Positions 49,541 through 58,745 are shown, counted from the stretch's first letter. The stretch is 64,000 bases of DNA from an uncultured Spirochaetota bacterium (GCA_963820525.1 CAWGAA010000001.1:3040001-3104000); one strand, 5' to 3'. The notes: generated by a model not told the origin, from the letters alone. Numbers and translations: made by a program.

Positions 49541-51692
49541 TATTGTTCTCAGTATGTATAAGAATATCATCTTGCTGAGTAAGCCTTATAGCTACTGCGG
49601 GTACATTTTCATAATAATGATTATCATCTTCGATACGAAAAAAATGTATCTGAATCGTTGGCAAATCTTTCTGGAAAAATGCGCGATCGCCAGGATAAGA
49701 ATCAGCTCCAGAGCTTGAACGGCCTTGAAAAAGCTGCGGGATTATTCCTTTTGAAAGACGCCGCGTTCGCTTTAGGCCATAATGCATGAAATAGACTAAA
49801 CATTTCAAATTATTATCGAGATCAAGCATTGATTTTAGATTGCAATTAACATAGCAAAGGCCTATTGCATCTTCTTCATCGAGATATGATAGAGGTGCCA
49901 GTACATTCTCGAAAACTTCATTTAGAAAAGTGAAAGCCAATTTGTGTTGTGGAAACCTAGCATTTTCTTTGAATTGCATGTTTTCAAGAAGCTTTATAAG
50001 CTTAGCGTTGTGAAGACCTTCGCTGGGCGAATTATGCGGAGCTCGCGGTGCAAACCAATTATCCCCCAAATGTGGCCTTAGATAAGGTGTTGATAATATA
50101 TTATATCTTGTGGGTGCTAAGCTATGATCAAGATAAAAAAGTCTTCGCCATTCTTTTAAAGGGCGACCCCGATGAGCTTCTAACCGATTTCGCATATCTT
50201 GTTCATGCCTAACATAAGCTATATATGCGTACTTTACATCTGGGTGTAAATAAACTCTGCAAAAACCAAAATGTCCGCTATGATATCCAAAAAATCGCGC
50301 ACGTTGTTGTATCGTATCTGCTGTCCAACCACCTGGACCTCTAGGCATATAAGTTACAGTTAAACCTTTTACAGTATATCCACGACCTAGTTTCTCGCCA
50401 CCTACAAGAATATGTGAATATGAGTTTTGCCATTGAACTTCACGCCCTTCTATAGAATTAACTAAGGTTACAGTAGTTTGATTTATAGCTACAGGTAATT
50501 TGCCCTCAATTTGATTGAATGGCGGCAATGAAGAACAGGTACGACTTAAATCATCATAAGCGGTTCTAAAATCAGCCATTAATTCAATACGATCTGGTTC
50601 ATTCATAGCTTGTAATATTCTATGCCAGTTGTGCTTTATGGCTTCTATCCAATCATAATAATGACGATGTATAGCTATTTTTTTTGAAGCATGAACTAGC
50701 ATTGATCGATGCTCTTCAGAGTGAGAAATACGTCCAGCTGCTACGCCAATAAAATAAACTTGTAGCGCATGTAATAAAGACTCTGGAGGCTCTTCTGGCA
50801 TATGCTCATCATCAAAAAGATATGCTTGTGCAATTGTTTCAACATATATGCTGTTTTCAGCAAAAAACAGATCCCCACCTATGTATCCTTCACCAGGTGA
50901 AACAAGCTCTGCAAAATCTGCTGATAATGAATCTATTCTAGTAATTAGCAATGGAGCTTGCGGAGTTGCAGTGTATTGCAAGAAGGTATGAGATGGGAGG
51001 GCTTTTCTAAGCCCATCAATACTGACATAAGTTGCACTAGCATTTGGCTCATTCGGGCGTGTGTTCAAACTGGCCTGATCCGCTTCATCATCGAATATAA
51101 TAGAAGGTATTCCACCCAGATCGATTGAGCTTAGCAACTGTGTCAAATTATTTAAATGCCTGTAATTCTTCATTACAGTAATGAAAAGTGTTCGTCGGTC
51201 TTCATCAACATATTGATTACTTCGCCATTCTTCAATTAATGCTACGATAGCAGGTAATTCATTATCTTTTCGTGGGTTTTTTAACATATGCCACGTCCAA
51301 TCAGGCGATGCTGAACGCAAATGAGATTCCATTCTTTCACTATTTTGTGTTACGAGATTAGTTGTTATTCCAGCGATTAGAATAATAATTCTATAGCCAT
51401 TATCTTTTGCTAAAGCAGAAATAGCAGTCATCGATGCAGTTTTGCCACTTTGAACATACCCACATACAAGTCCAATCCCGGGATTCTCAGATGAAGTCGG
51501 TGGATTGCATTTAGATAGAATACGATGTGCCTCATCAATTAAGCGGTTTGCATCTTCCCCTGAGGGTAGAATCCCTTGAGTTATGAAATAATTCCTAAGT
51601 GAGTTTGTGACATTCCCAATTATTGGAACCCAATTACCATTCGAATCATGAATATTTATGATTTTAATAATTTCATTAGAGTTAATAGCCAT
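49533..51692 (-). CDS. Z1 domain-containing SF2 helicase-like protein
   Basis: GYVQSGKT, DDEAD, YTATP, SMLVH, GLTVTY, DTIQQRARFFGY. Confidence 0.88.
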   Translation of the reverse strand: MAINSNEIIKIINIHDSNGNWVPIIGNVTNSLRNYFITQGILPSGEDANRLIDEAHRILSKCNPPTSSENPGIGLVCGYVQSGKTASMTAISALAKDNGYRIIILIAGITTNLVTQNSERMESHLRSASPDWTWHMLKNPRKDNELPAIVALIEEWRSNQYVDEDRRTLFITVMKNYRHLNNLTQLLSSIDLGGIPSIIFDDEADQASLNTRPNEPNASATYVSIDGLRKALPSHTFLQYTATPQAPLLITRIDSLSADFAELVSPGEGYIGGDLFFAENSIYVETIAQAYLFDDEHMPEEPPESLLHALQVYFIGVAAGRISHSEEHRSMLVHASKKIAIHRHYYDWIEAIKHNWHRILQAMNEPDRIELMADFRTAYDDLSRTCSSLPPFNQIEGKLPVAINQTTVTLVNSIEGREVQWQNSYSHILVGGEKLGRGYTVKGLTVTYMPRGPGGWTADTIQQRARFFGYHSGHFGFCRVYLHPDVKYAYIAYVRHEQDMRNRLEAHRGRPLKEWRRLFYLDHSLAPTRYNILSTPYLRPHLGDNWFAPRAPHNSPSEGLHNAKLIKLLENMQFKENARFPQHKLAFTFLNEVFENVLAPLSYLDEEDAIGLCYVNCNLKSMLDLDNNLKCLVYFMHYGLKRTRRLSKGIIPQLFQGRSSSGADSYPGDRAFFQKDLPTIQIHFFRIEDDNHYYENVPAVAIRLTQQDDILIHTENNND

Positions 51693-53221
51693 TATTTTCC
51701 GCTTTTTTTAATAGGCCCAGATAAAGACCTTAGAATCTGATTTAAGTTTCTACGTATCGTTCCTGCTTGCCTAACGCCTGCTTCTCTTGCTGTAATTTCT
51801 GCGATTGCCAGGCCTGCAGCTAGCCGAGTAAATGGTATTATTTCATCTCCATCTGGCGAAACGAAACGGTCCATGAAGGGATGTGCTAGATTCATACGAA
51901 TATGAACTTCAATTTCTGATTTCTGCTTGTTATTTTGAGATAGCTCATACCATTCTTCATGCGATATATCATCAATAAGCTCAATTGTTATAGACCAATG
52001 CTTAAGTGCGTGATTTACTTCAATTTTAACAGATGTACTCTTAGCTTTTTCGTCTTTAGATTTTTCAAGCCTTGTAGCTAGTGGCTCATCTTTAGGCTTA
52101 TTATTTAATTGTTCTTCTATTATCGGAGATAGGTGCTGTGCAATTATATGAGTTGCATCTTCGGGTGCTTCGCTAATAACTTCCTGTATCATGTTGCTAT
52201 GAGCCCGATAATTTGCTGCTTGATCAAGTAATGGAATTGGTTTTGTATTTAACTCCGATTTTAGCCATTTTAATATATCATCTTCCCAATCTTCCCACTG
52301 AATACCATCTTTAGTATGACTAACAGAAAATCCCTGAACTTCAAGCTCTCCAATAAGTCGCTGATAAACAAATTTATTAGCTTTTCCAAAAATATATTCT
52401 GGACGGTAAGCTTCGCCACAACTGCCCTGTATTAATCTCCTTCGCCTAAATAATGCAAAGCCAGCATTTGTAACACTTCCACGTGCAAGAATTCCTGCCC
52501 ATCCTTTAACGCTATGATCATTATTAAAAACCATATTAAAATTCTTTTGCCAAATTATTGGTTTATTGTCAGGAGTTGAATGATACGGTGCTTCAAGGAA
52601 AACAGGTGGTTCATAAATCAATGGAGTCCCATCTACTTTTATCTCTAATAAATTATCTCTGATAAACAAGCGATAAATGCTACCAAGATGATCCTTTATT
52701 TTGTCTAGCGTCCGTCCTTTTGGTTTAACCAGCAAATTACTAAGAGTTATTACAGTAAAGTGCTTCTGTTCATTAACTCGATTCTCTGTTGGCTGCAATT
52801 TTTCGATATTATTCTTAACTATCATTGGTATGTCAAATACTATTGACCTCTCTACATTTTCACCAATCGCTTTTGTTCTTACTATCCAAGTTCTCGCGAA
52901 CCAGCTAGCGGCTGCTTTCATGCCAAGACCAAATTCAGACAATCCAGAAGTATCTGGCGGGATTGCAGCTGGAAGAAAGGCTCTTGCATAATCACTTATG
53001 GCTATACCAGCTGCATTATCGCGAATCTCAATATAATCATCATGCAATTCTATCTCAACTAATAGCTTATAATACTTACCATCCAATTTTCTTAGGGCAG
53101 TAATATTTGAACAGCCACTTTGTAGGGAATTATCGACAAATTCTGCTAGCGCAAACCACGGCTTGTAATTCAGTCTTGCAAATGAAGCATACATAGCTAC
53201 TTCAGGTCTGATTATTATCAA
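51692..53221 (-). CDS. GHKL (MORC/MutL-like) ATPase
   Basis: AEFVDNS, IRDNAAGI, GLSEFGLGMKAA. Confidence 0.88.
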   Translation of the reverse strand: MIIIRPEVAMYASFARLNYKPWFALAEFVDNSLQSGCSNITALRKLDGKYYKLLVEIELHDDYIEIRDNAAGIAISDYARAFLPAAIPPDTSGLSEFGLGMKAAASWFARTWIVRTKAIGENVERSIVFDIPMIVKNNIEKLQPTENRVNEQKHFTVITLSNLLVKPKGRTLDKIKDHLGSIYRLFIRDNLLEIKVDGTPLIYEPPVFLEAPYHSTPDNKPIIWQKNFNMVFNNDHSVKGWAGILARGSVTNAGFALFRRRRLIQGSCGEAYRPEYIFGKANKFVYQRLIGELEVQGFSVSHTKDGIQWEDWEDDILKWLKSELNTKPIPLLDQAANYRAHSNMIQEVISEAPEDATHIIAQHLSPIIEEQLNNKPKDEPLATRLEKSKDEKAKSTSVKIEVNHALKHWSITIELIDDISHEEWYELSQNNKQKSEIEVHIRMNLAHPFMDRFVSPDGDEIIPFTRLAAGLAIAEITAREAGVRQAGTIRRNLNQILRSLSGPIKKSGK

Positions 53222-54501
53222 ATCATATTCTCCTTAGCATGGCTTTTAGAAGGATATAAATTTTGCACAGTACTCCTTGGGCCGCGTCCGACACCAGGAT
53301 GATCAGAGTGATTTCCTTTAAGATAAAGGTATTTCTTTATGACCGGATAGCAACGAGAAGGAGGTGGACAATCCTCTCTATGAGGCGGCATTAATCGTAA
53401 AGTTAGTGGGATGCAATTTTCATTTAATAATTGCCTTCTTATTTCGAGGCCAAATAATTCTCCAATTAAGCAAGGCACTGCATTTCCTACTTGACGATGT
53501 GCTGAAGACCTATTTCCATAAATTTCATATCCATCAGGAAAAGTTTGTAAACGTGAGATTTCTTTGATACTTAGCAAGCGATTTCGCCAATGAAATGGAC
53601 CAGAAGCTGGTCCAGGACTAGCTTGTATGGTCCAAGACGGATACCTTTTTGATAATTTGAGTAGAAATGACCAGTACTTTGTCCTCCAGCCAAAAAGGGG
53701 GGTCCCATTACCACGATGAGTGTGCCATAGATAATTTTTTCCCTCAGGGATGCTTTTAATCAAATCTTTCCATTTTCCCCTAATTTGAAGGTCAGCAGAC
53801 CATTCATTTGTATCAAGATCACCAATTGCATCCCAGGAATTCCTATAAGGTTCAAGGCCGTCAGCATATCCACATATGGGAGAAGGCATATCGAGCATTT
53901 TTCCATTAATATCAGCGACAATAAAAATCCGTTTCCGTATTTGTGGAACACCATAATCTGCAGAGTTTATATAAAAGTCTTGTAGCTTATATTCAGTTCC
54001 TTTCTTTCTATTTATTCTTTCAATACCATCTTTAATTAATTCCAATCCAGATCTCTGCCTTCCATAAGCATTCCAAGATATCCCTTTTACGTTCTCGAGT
54101 AATATTACTCTTGGTAACGCTACCTCAACCACATTAAGAAAAGCTTGAAGTGTTTTTGTTCTCGGGTCACGTAAGCCAGCAGAGGTGCCATTAAACCAAT
54201 AGGTCGACTTTGAGAAAGGCTGACAAGGTGGTCCGCAAGAAAGTAGTGCGGTTTCTCCAGGTTGCAGGCCAACTTGTGATAATAGCTCAGAAGGATGAAT
54301 TCTAAAAATATCACCTGGATTGGTTAGAGTCCAAGAAGGATTATTCTTTGTTAATGTTTTTCTTGAGTCATCGTCAGCTTCGATACAGCCCTTAATACAA
54401 AATCCGGCATATTCTAGACCTAAATCCAAACCACCTGCTCCAGTGAATAATGATAAAACTAAATGTTCTGGTTTTTTTTTCTGCTTTAATCGTTTATTCA
54501 T
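53218..54501 (-). CDS. dcm: DNA (cytosine-5) methyltransferase
   Basis: LFTGAGG, GPPCQPFS, LENV, YGVPQIRKR, RLQTFPD, QVGNAV. Confidence 0.95.
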   Translation of the reverse strand: MNKRLKQKKKPEHLVLSLFTGAGGLDLGLEYAGFCIKGCIEADDDSRKTLTKNNPSWTLTNPGDIFRIHPSELLSQVGLQPGETALLSCGPPCQPFSKSTYWFNGTSAGLRDPRTKTLQAFLNVVEVALPRVILLENVKGISWNAYGRQRSGLELIKDGIERINRKKGTEYKLQDFYINSADYGVPQIRKRIFIVADINGKMLDMPSPICGYADGLEPYRNSWDAIGDLDTNEWSADLQIRGKWKDLIKSIPEGKNYLWHTHRGNGTPLFGWRTKYWSFLLKLSKRYPSWTIQASPGPASGPFHWRNRLLSIKEISRLQTFPDGYEIYGNRSSAHRQVGNAVPCLIGELFGLEIRRQLLNENCIPLTLRLMPPHREDCPPPSRCYPVIKKYLYLKGNHSDHPGVGRGPRSTVQNLYPSKSHAKENMI

Positions 54502-54896
54502 AATAAAAATGAATGGCTTCAATGGGTTTTTCAACGACCGCGGCCATGTACATATTGGATAAGACTTCAGCTATTGATATAGATTTAACGCTTGAATATT
54601 CCTTTAATGTCACCATATTGTCTTCAATAATCACCTTGATCACGGCATCGGTTTCAGTTGATTTGCGTTTACAGTTACCAGGATCGTGATCTATTCCCTC
54701 CTCTAGTTATGTAATATATCAGATCTTGACTATCATTGTACATTGTAAATTTTGGTCAATAGAAATCGGGACAATCACAAATCTCTACTGAGTTTATTAC
54801 TTAGCCTTGCAAGGATGTTTTTCATTATTGGGTAGAGCAAGAAACTGTCGTTGGTGACTGTTACATATGATACACACAAGTAGTGTTCTGCCTTTC

Positions 54897-55007
54897 ACCT
54901 AACGTTTCGAGCGTACACGACGTGGCCCGAGGCTAACAAGGCCGAGGGCCATGTGGCGGAGCCCGAGCCGCCCGCCATGGCGGCGAAGCGTGTACGCTCC
55001 GTTAGCT
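54897..55007 (-). other. attC site (111 bp)
   Basis: R'' AGCTAAC and R' GTTAGGT on minus strand; GAGCGTACACG/CGTGTACGCTC arms; 8 nt after cassette gene stop. Confidence 0.9.
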
Positions 55008-55015
55008 GAAGTGGA

Positions 55016-55536
55016 CTACGATCTTTTAAATCTTGTGGCATAAACTCTGCGTGGAAAATCGCCTTCTGCATACTCGGTTTTACTCGCATCTTTTACAATA
55101 TCTTCATTTGCGTACGCCTCTATTACTTCACCTATAAAAAGATTTTTATCTCCTGTTTCTATTTCTTGTTTAACTTTGCATTCAATATGAGCTACACACT
55201 CGGCAATAATAGGAGCTCTTACTTTTCGCGCTGGTTGTTGAGTTAATCCCGTTTCTCTAAATTTATCAAATTGATATCCTGAGTGCAAACCGCAATAATA
55301 TATTTTTGCTTTTAGCTGAGCGGGAGGAATATTTACAATAAATTCTTTATTACTTTTGATTAACTCATATGAAAAGGATTTGTTCCCTATGGCACAGGCT
55401 ATAAGTGGGGTCCCTTTGAGACAGGCATACAAAAGCTAACTGCGATGATATTTGATTTTATTTTTATCTCCCCGCAGGTTATTAAGAAATGTCTCATCGG
55501 CCACATAAATTCTAGATATTCGACATCAATATTCAT
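55016..55536 (-). CDS. Flavin reductase (DIM6/NTAB) family protein, frameshifted near 55407-55410
   Basis: EFIVNIP, DKF, APIIAECVAHIEC, GDKNLFIGEV; N-terminus MNIDVEY...MPVSK in another frame. Confidence 0.8.
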
Positions 55537-55562
55537 TTTATCTAATCTCCCTTGTCCATTTC

Positions 55563-55757
55563 AGCTAACGTAAAGGGTTTACGACATGCCCCGTCCCGAA
55601 GGGCTGGCACAGGGGTTGCCCCGCAAAACATAGAAAAGAGTGTACCACACATCTTAGAGGACCGTAAGAAGATTTGATCTGCAAGCCCTGTGCCAGAGGG
55701 GCATGTGGCGAAGCCCGGAGCGACCGGAGGGAGCGGAGCGTAAACCCTATGTTGAAC
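55563..55757 (-). other. Long attC site (195 bp)
   Basis: R'' GTTCAAC, R' GTTAGCT; nested arms AGGGTTTACG/CGTAAACCCT, ACATGCCCC/GGGGCATGT, CTGGCACAGGG/CCCTGTGCCAG. Confidence 0.8.
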
Positions 55758-55787
55758 GAAGTCGCTCCGCCCGCGCTATGGGTTTTA

Positions 55788-56990
55788 TTACGCGCTGTTC
55801 CAATAACTTTCAGCGGTATTTTCCGGCGGGAGCTCAATAATCTGAATATTCGCGCTCTTGCAGCGGGGACATCTTTTTTCGATAGTCTCAGGCGCTTCCA
55901 AGAAAAAATCATACGATCGCTGTTGAGATTCTAGATCGATGCATAACAAACGACGGATGTATTTCAGATTCTCATTTTTGTGCCCGTTGCTCAAGAGGCC
56001 GTAAAATCGTATACGCTTGAATCCTTCCGGCAGCACATGCAGGAGAAATCTTCTCATGAACTCGGAGGCGCCAAGTGTCATTACCTTTTTCCGGTTTCTA
56101 TTCCTGTAGTCCTTCCATATAAAGCTCACGTTTCCGCCGGTGAAATTCAATATCCGTTTGTTGCTGATCGCTACCCGATGCGTATAGTGCCCTATATATT
56201 TCAGTACGCGTAACGGATTGGAAAACGGCTTTTTGGCGTAGACGATCCATTTTTTCGCATAACATTCATCCAACACCTTTGCAAACCCGGCTGTCTCTGC
56301 TGTCTTGCGTAACTTACCAAAGAAACTCAACTCTTTTGCTGCATATGCCTGTTTCAAATAATGCAGGTATTTACCTCTGAACAATCGATTGAGAATGTGT
56401 ATCGAGATAAAGAAGTTGTTCCTGCTTTCAATCCATGCGGATTTATCCCGGCTCAATCCCCCTCCGGTAACAATGCAGTGCAGATGTGGATGGTCAAGTA
56501 GGTTTTGGCTCCAGGTGTGGAGAATGGCGATAAATCCGATCTTCGCGCCGAGATTCTTCGGGTTTCCCGCGGCTTCTTGAAGAGTCTCGTTTGCGGCGTG
56601 AAAGAGAATGTCGTAGAGCACTCTTTTATTCTGGAGAATAAGGGAATTCAATACCGCCGGGACGGTGAAGACGATATGGAAATATTTTATGGGCAGAAGC
56701 TCTTGTGTCCGCTCGTAAACCCATTGCGCCTGCTTGCTCGCCTGGCATTTGGGGCAATGCCGGTTCCTGCATGAATTATAGGATATCTGTTCATACCCGC
56801 ATTCATGGCAAACAAGTTTATGGCCGCCCAATTTCGGACCGCGGCAGTTTATGATTGCGTTTACGACTTTCCAATGATCATAACTGATGCCTTTCAGTAA
56901 CTGGGTGCTTTGTCTGAAAACATCGGCGACTTCGAATTTGGGTCTTGGAAAAACCGTTGCCGCTTCAATATAGCCCATGCTGTATAACAA
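55788..56990 (-). CDS. IS91 family rolling-circle (HUH, Y2) transposase
   Basis: SCRNRHCPKCQ Zn domain, HIVFTVP, HTW...HPHLHC, YIGHY, FLLHVLP, RFYGLL; start uncertain. Confidence 0.93.
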   Translation of the reverse strand: MLYSMGYIEAATVFPRPKFEVADVFRQSTQLLKGISYDHWKVVNAIINCRGPKLGGHKLVCHECGYEQISYNSCRNRHCPKCQASKQAQWVYERTQELLPIKYFHIVFTVPAVLNSLILQNKRVLYDILFHAANETLQEAAGNPKNLGAKIGFIAILHTWSQNLLDHPHLHCIVTGGGLSRDKSAWIESRNNFFISIHILNRLFRGKYLHYLKQAYAAKELSFFGKLRKTAETAGFAKVLDECYAKKWIVYAKKPFSNPLRVLKYIGHYTHRVAISNKRILNFTGGNVSFIWKDYRNRNRKKVMTLGASEFMRRFLLHVLPEGFKRIRFYGLLSNGHKNENLKYIRRLLCIDLESQQRSYDFFLEAPETIEKRCPRCKSANIQIIELPPENTAESYWNSA

Positions 56991-57066
56991 GCGGGAAACA
57001 TCTGTCTTGCTTTCATGGCGGCGAATGAAGACTAAGGCTTGATGAAAGCCATCGCGGAGCGATTTT

Positions 57067-57132
57067 GTTCAACTCGTTGAGTGTGAATTTCACCTTTCCA
57101 TTTCATTATAATCCTTCTTCCCCAATCATCAA
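57067..57132 (-). promoter_or_regulatory. Candidate attI core and Pc-like promoter
   Basis: First cassette begins at GTTGAAC (57073) with no attC upstream; minus-strand TTGATG-N16-TATAAT at 57132-57105 points into the array. Confidence 0.55.
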
Positions 57133-57174
57133 GCACATCTCGGTCGTATAGATAGGCATGGGAGTGCGCATTTC

Positions 57175-57267
57175 ATGAACTATTATCTCGAGGCGTTCCT
57201 TCGGGAATCGAGGAATCGAGGGTATGTCACGGAGAAAACCGCCGCTAAAATCAAGAGCCCGCTTTGA
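57175..57267 (+). pseudogene. Internally deleted tyrosine recombinase (putative intI relic)
   Basis: MNYYLEAFLRESRNRGY fused to VTEKTAAKIKSPL; GGGAG upstream; divergent from cassettes. Confidence 0.55.
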
Positions 57268-57476
57268 GAATATCGTGAAATTCACGATACCAGCGCCATG
57301 CAGTCATTACGGGGAATTTCACCTTTGAGTATTTGAAGGACTTCAAAAATCTCGCCCGATGCGATTACGATCATCTTGGAGGACGGACGCGAGGGTGCGC
57401 GGCGCAGGCTTCCGGCAGACGCGGTTCAAGGAATAGACGGCCTCTTGTGACTTCAATGAATGAAGCCCTCCGCGAG

Positions 57477-58040
57477 TCAAACAATCCCGGCGCTGTCTCC
57501 AGGACCGGTGAGGAACAGTCGCCTTACCTCCTCGGATTCGATCATGCTGCTAAGCCAGTTTTTCATATCGGGGGCCCGCCAGAAAGGCTGGTTCTGAAAA
57601 ACCGAATTGAATGTGTGGAAGTGCGTATTCAAGAAGACCTTCACCCTTCCAGCCACCATTTCCTTGATTTGATGGTCAAAGGGCAGGTTTTTGTATATCA
57701 ATTTCTCCGGATTACGGTAGCCAAGCCGTATGAGCTCGGTCACTTTCAAGCGGCACCGGCATCGGGCTTTCCTGGTGACCAGACCGCAATTCTCGCTCAT
57801 GAACTTCTTCAGCTTGTTTCTCCGCCCCTAATGGAGACGGGACGTTGAAAATAACCCCGAGCACAATCACGATCCTCTGTTTTCGGTTAAGACAGATCAG
57901 CGTCGCCAATACGCAGCTCGTCATCGTGTCGATTACGGTTTCCCGGATGGACGGGGAATCCTCTGGCTCACGATCACCGACAATATCCATTCTGGCGTAA
58001 TAATTGTCGAAATCATATGCGAATGTGGGCCAAATCCTTT
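57477..58040 (-). pseudogene. Degraded ECF-type RNA polymerase sigma factor gene
   Basis: CVLATLICL..KQRIVIVLGVIF then frameshift to FMSENCGLV...CRC; no intact N-terminus. Confidence 0.5.
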
Positions 58041-58067
58041 CGTTTCGATTATCACGCCGGAGCGGGC

Positions 58068-58430
58068 TTATTTCGCTTGTTCTGCCGGGGCCAGGGCTTT
58101 CTTGACCGTGCTGATGAACAGATTGCGCGCCCATGTGGCTCCGCTGACCGAGTCTACCCTGTCCAGGCTTTGGGTTTCCACAGGCATCAGGGGGTACTTC
58201 TGCAGCCATTTCCAATTTTCCCTGCACTGTTGGACGTACATGTCATTTCCTGCGTAGTTTTTTTCATAGTATTGATCGAATATCTGGTTCTTAAGGACGT
58301 CCATGATCTTGAAATCGAGAGCGCTAATCCTGCCGTTTTTGATCGCGATCTTGACCTGTCCCCAGAATGGCTCGCTCGTGTAGCCGGCCTGGGATTTCCC
58401 TTCATACACCCCGTCCGCGTATGTGAGACA
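58068..58430 (-). CDS. FMN-binding domain protein, possibly 5'-truncated
   Basis: YADGVYEG, IKNGRI, VDSVSGAT; in-frame stop upstream, no signal peptide; 5' boundary approximate. Confidence 0.65.
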   Translation of the reverse strand, partial: CLTYADGVYEGKSQAGYTSEPFWGQVKIAIKNGRISALDFKIMDVLKNQIFDQYYEKNYAGNDMYVQQCRENWKWLQKYPLMPVETQSLDRVDSVSGATWARNLFISTVKKALAPAEQAK

Positions 58431-58539
58431 TTCCCCCTTTTCTGCGGCAACCGCCGTTTTCCCTTTACCATTGATACACGGCTTTTCTCAGGGTGTGACA
58501 GAGGGAGAAAACATTTTTATCCGTCTGAGCCAGGGGCCG

Positions 58540-58728
58540 CTATCGTACCCTGAGATAGTTCTTGACGGTGCGGTCATAGCTGCGCTCGGCCTCTTTCGAG
58601 AAATAGCAGGCCGGGAGCTCTCCGGCCTTCCGGTGATAGGCGACGCACTCGCAGCATATTCCCTTCCTGTCGCAAGGATACGTGCAGTTGCATGCCGTCT
58701 TGTTCGATTCTACCGTGCAGGATCTCAT
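58540..58728 (-). CDS. Small Cys-rich protein (DUF6485-like)
   Basis: CNCTYPCDRKGICCECVAYH...LPACYF. Confidence 0.75.
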   Translation of the reverse strand: MRSCTVESNKTACNCTYPCDRKGICCECVAYHRKAGELPACYFSKEAERSYDRTVKNYLRVR

Positions 58729-58745
58729 ATTCTTCCTCGTTCCTG

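Noticed and set aside
40100..57300. Prophage or ICE as the explanation for the AT-rich island
   Set aside because: No phage structural, replication or conjugation genes; attC-bounded cassettes explain the structure.
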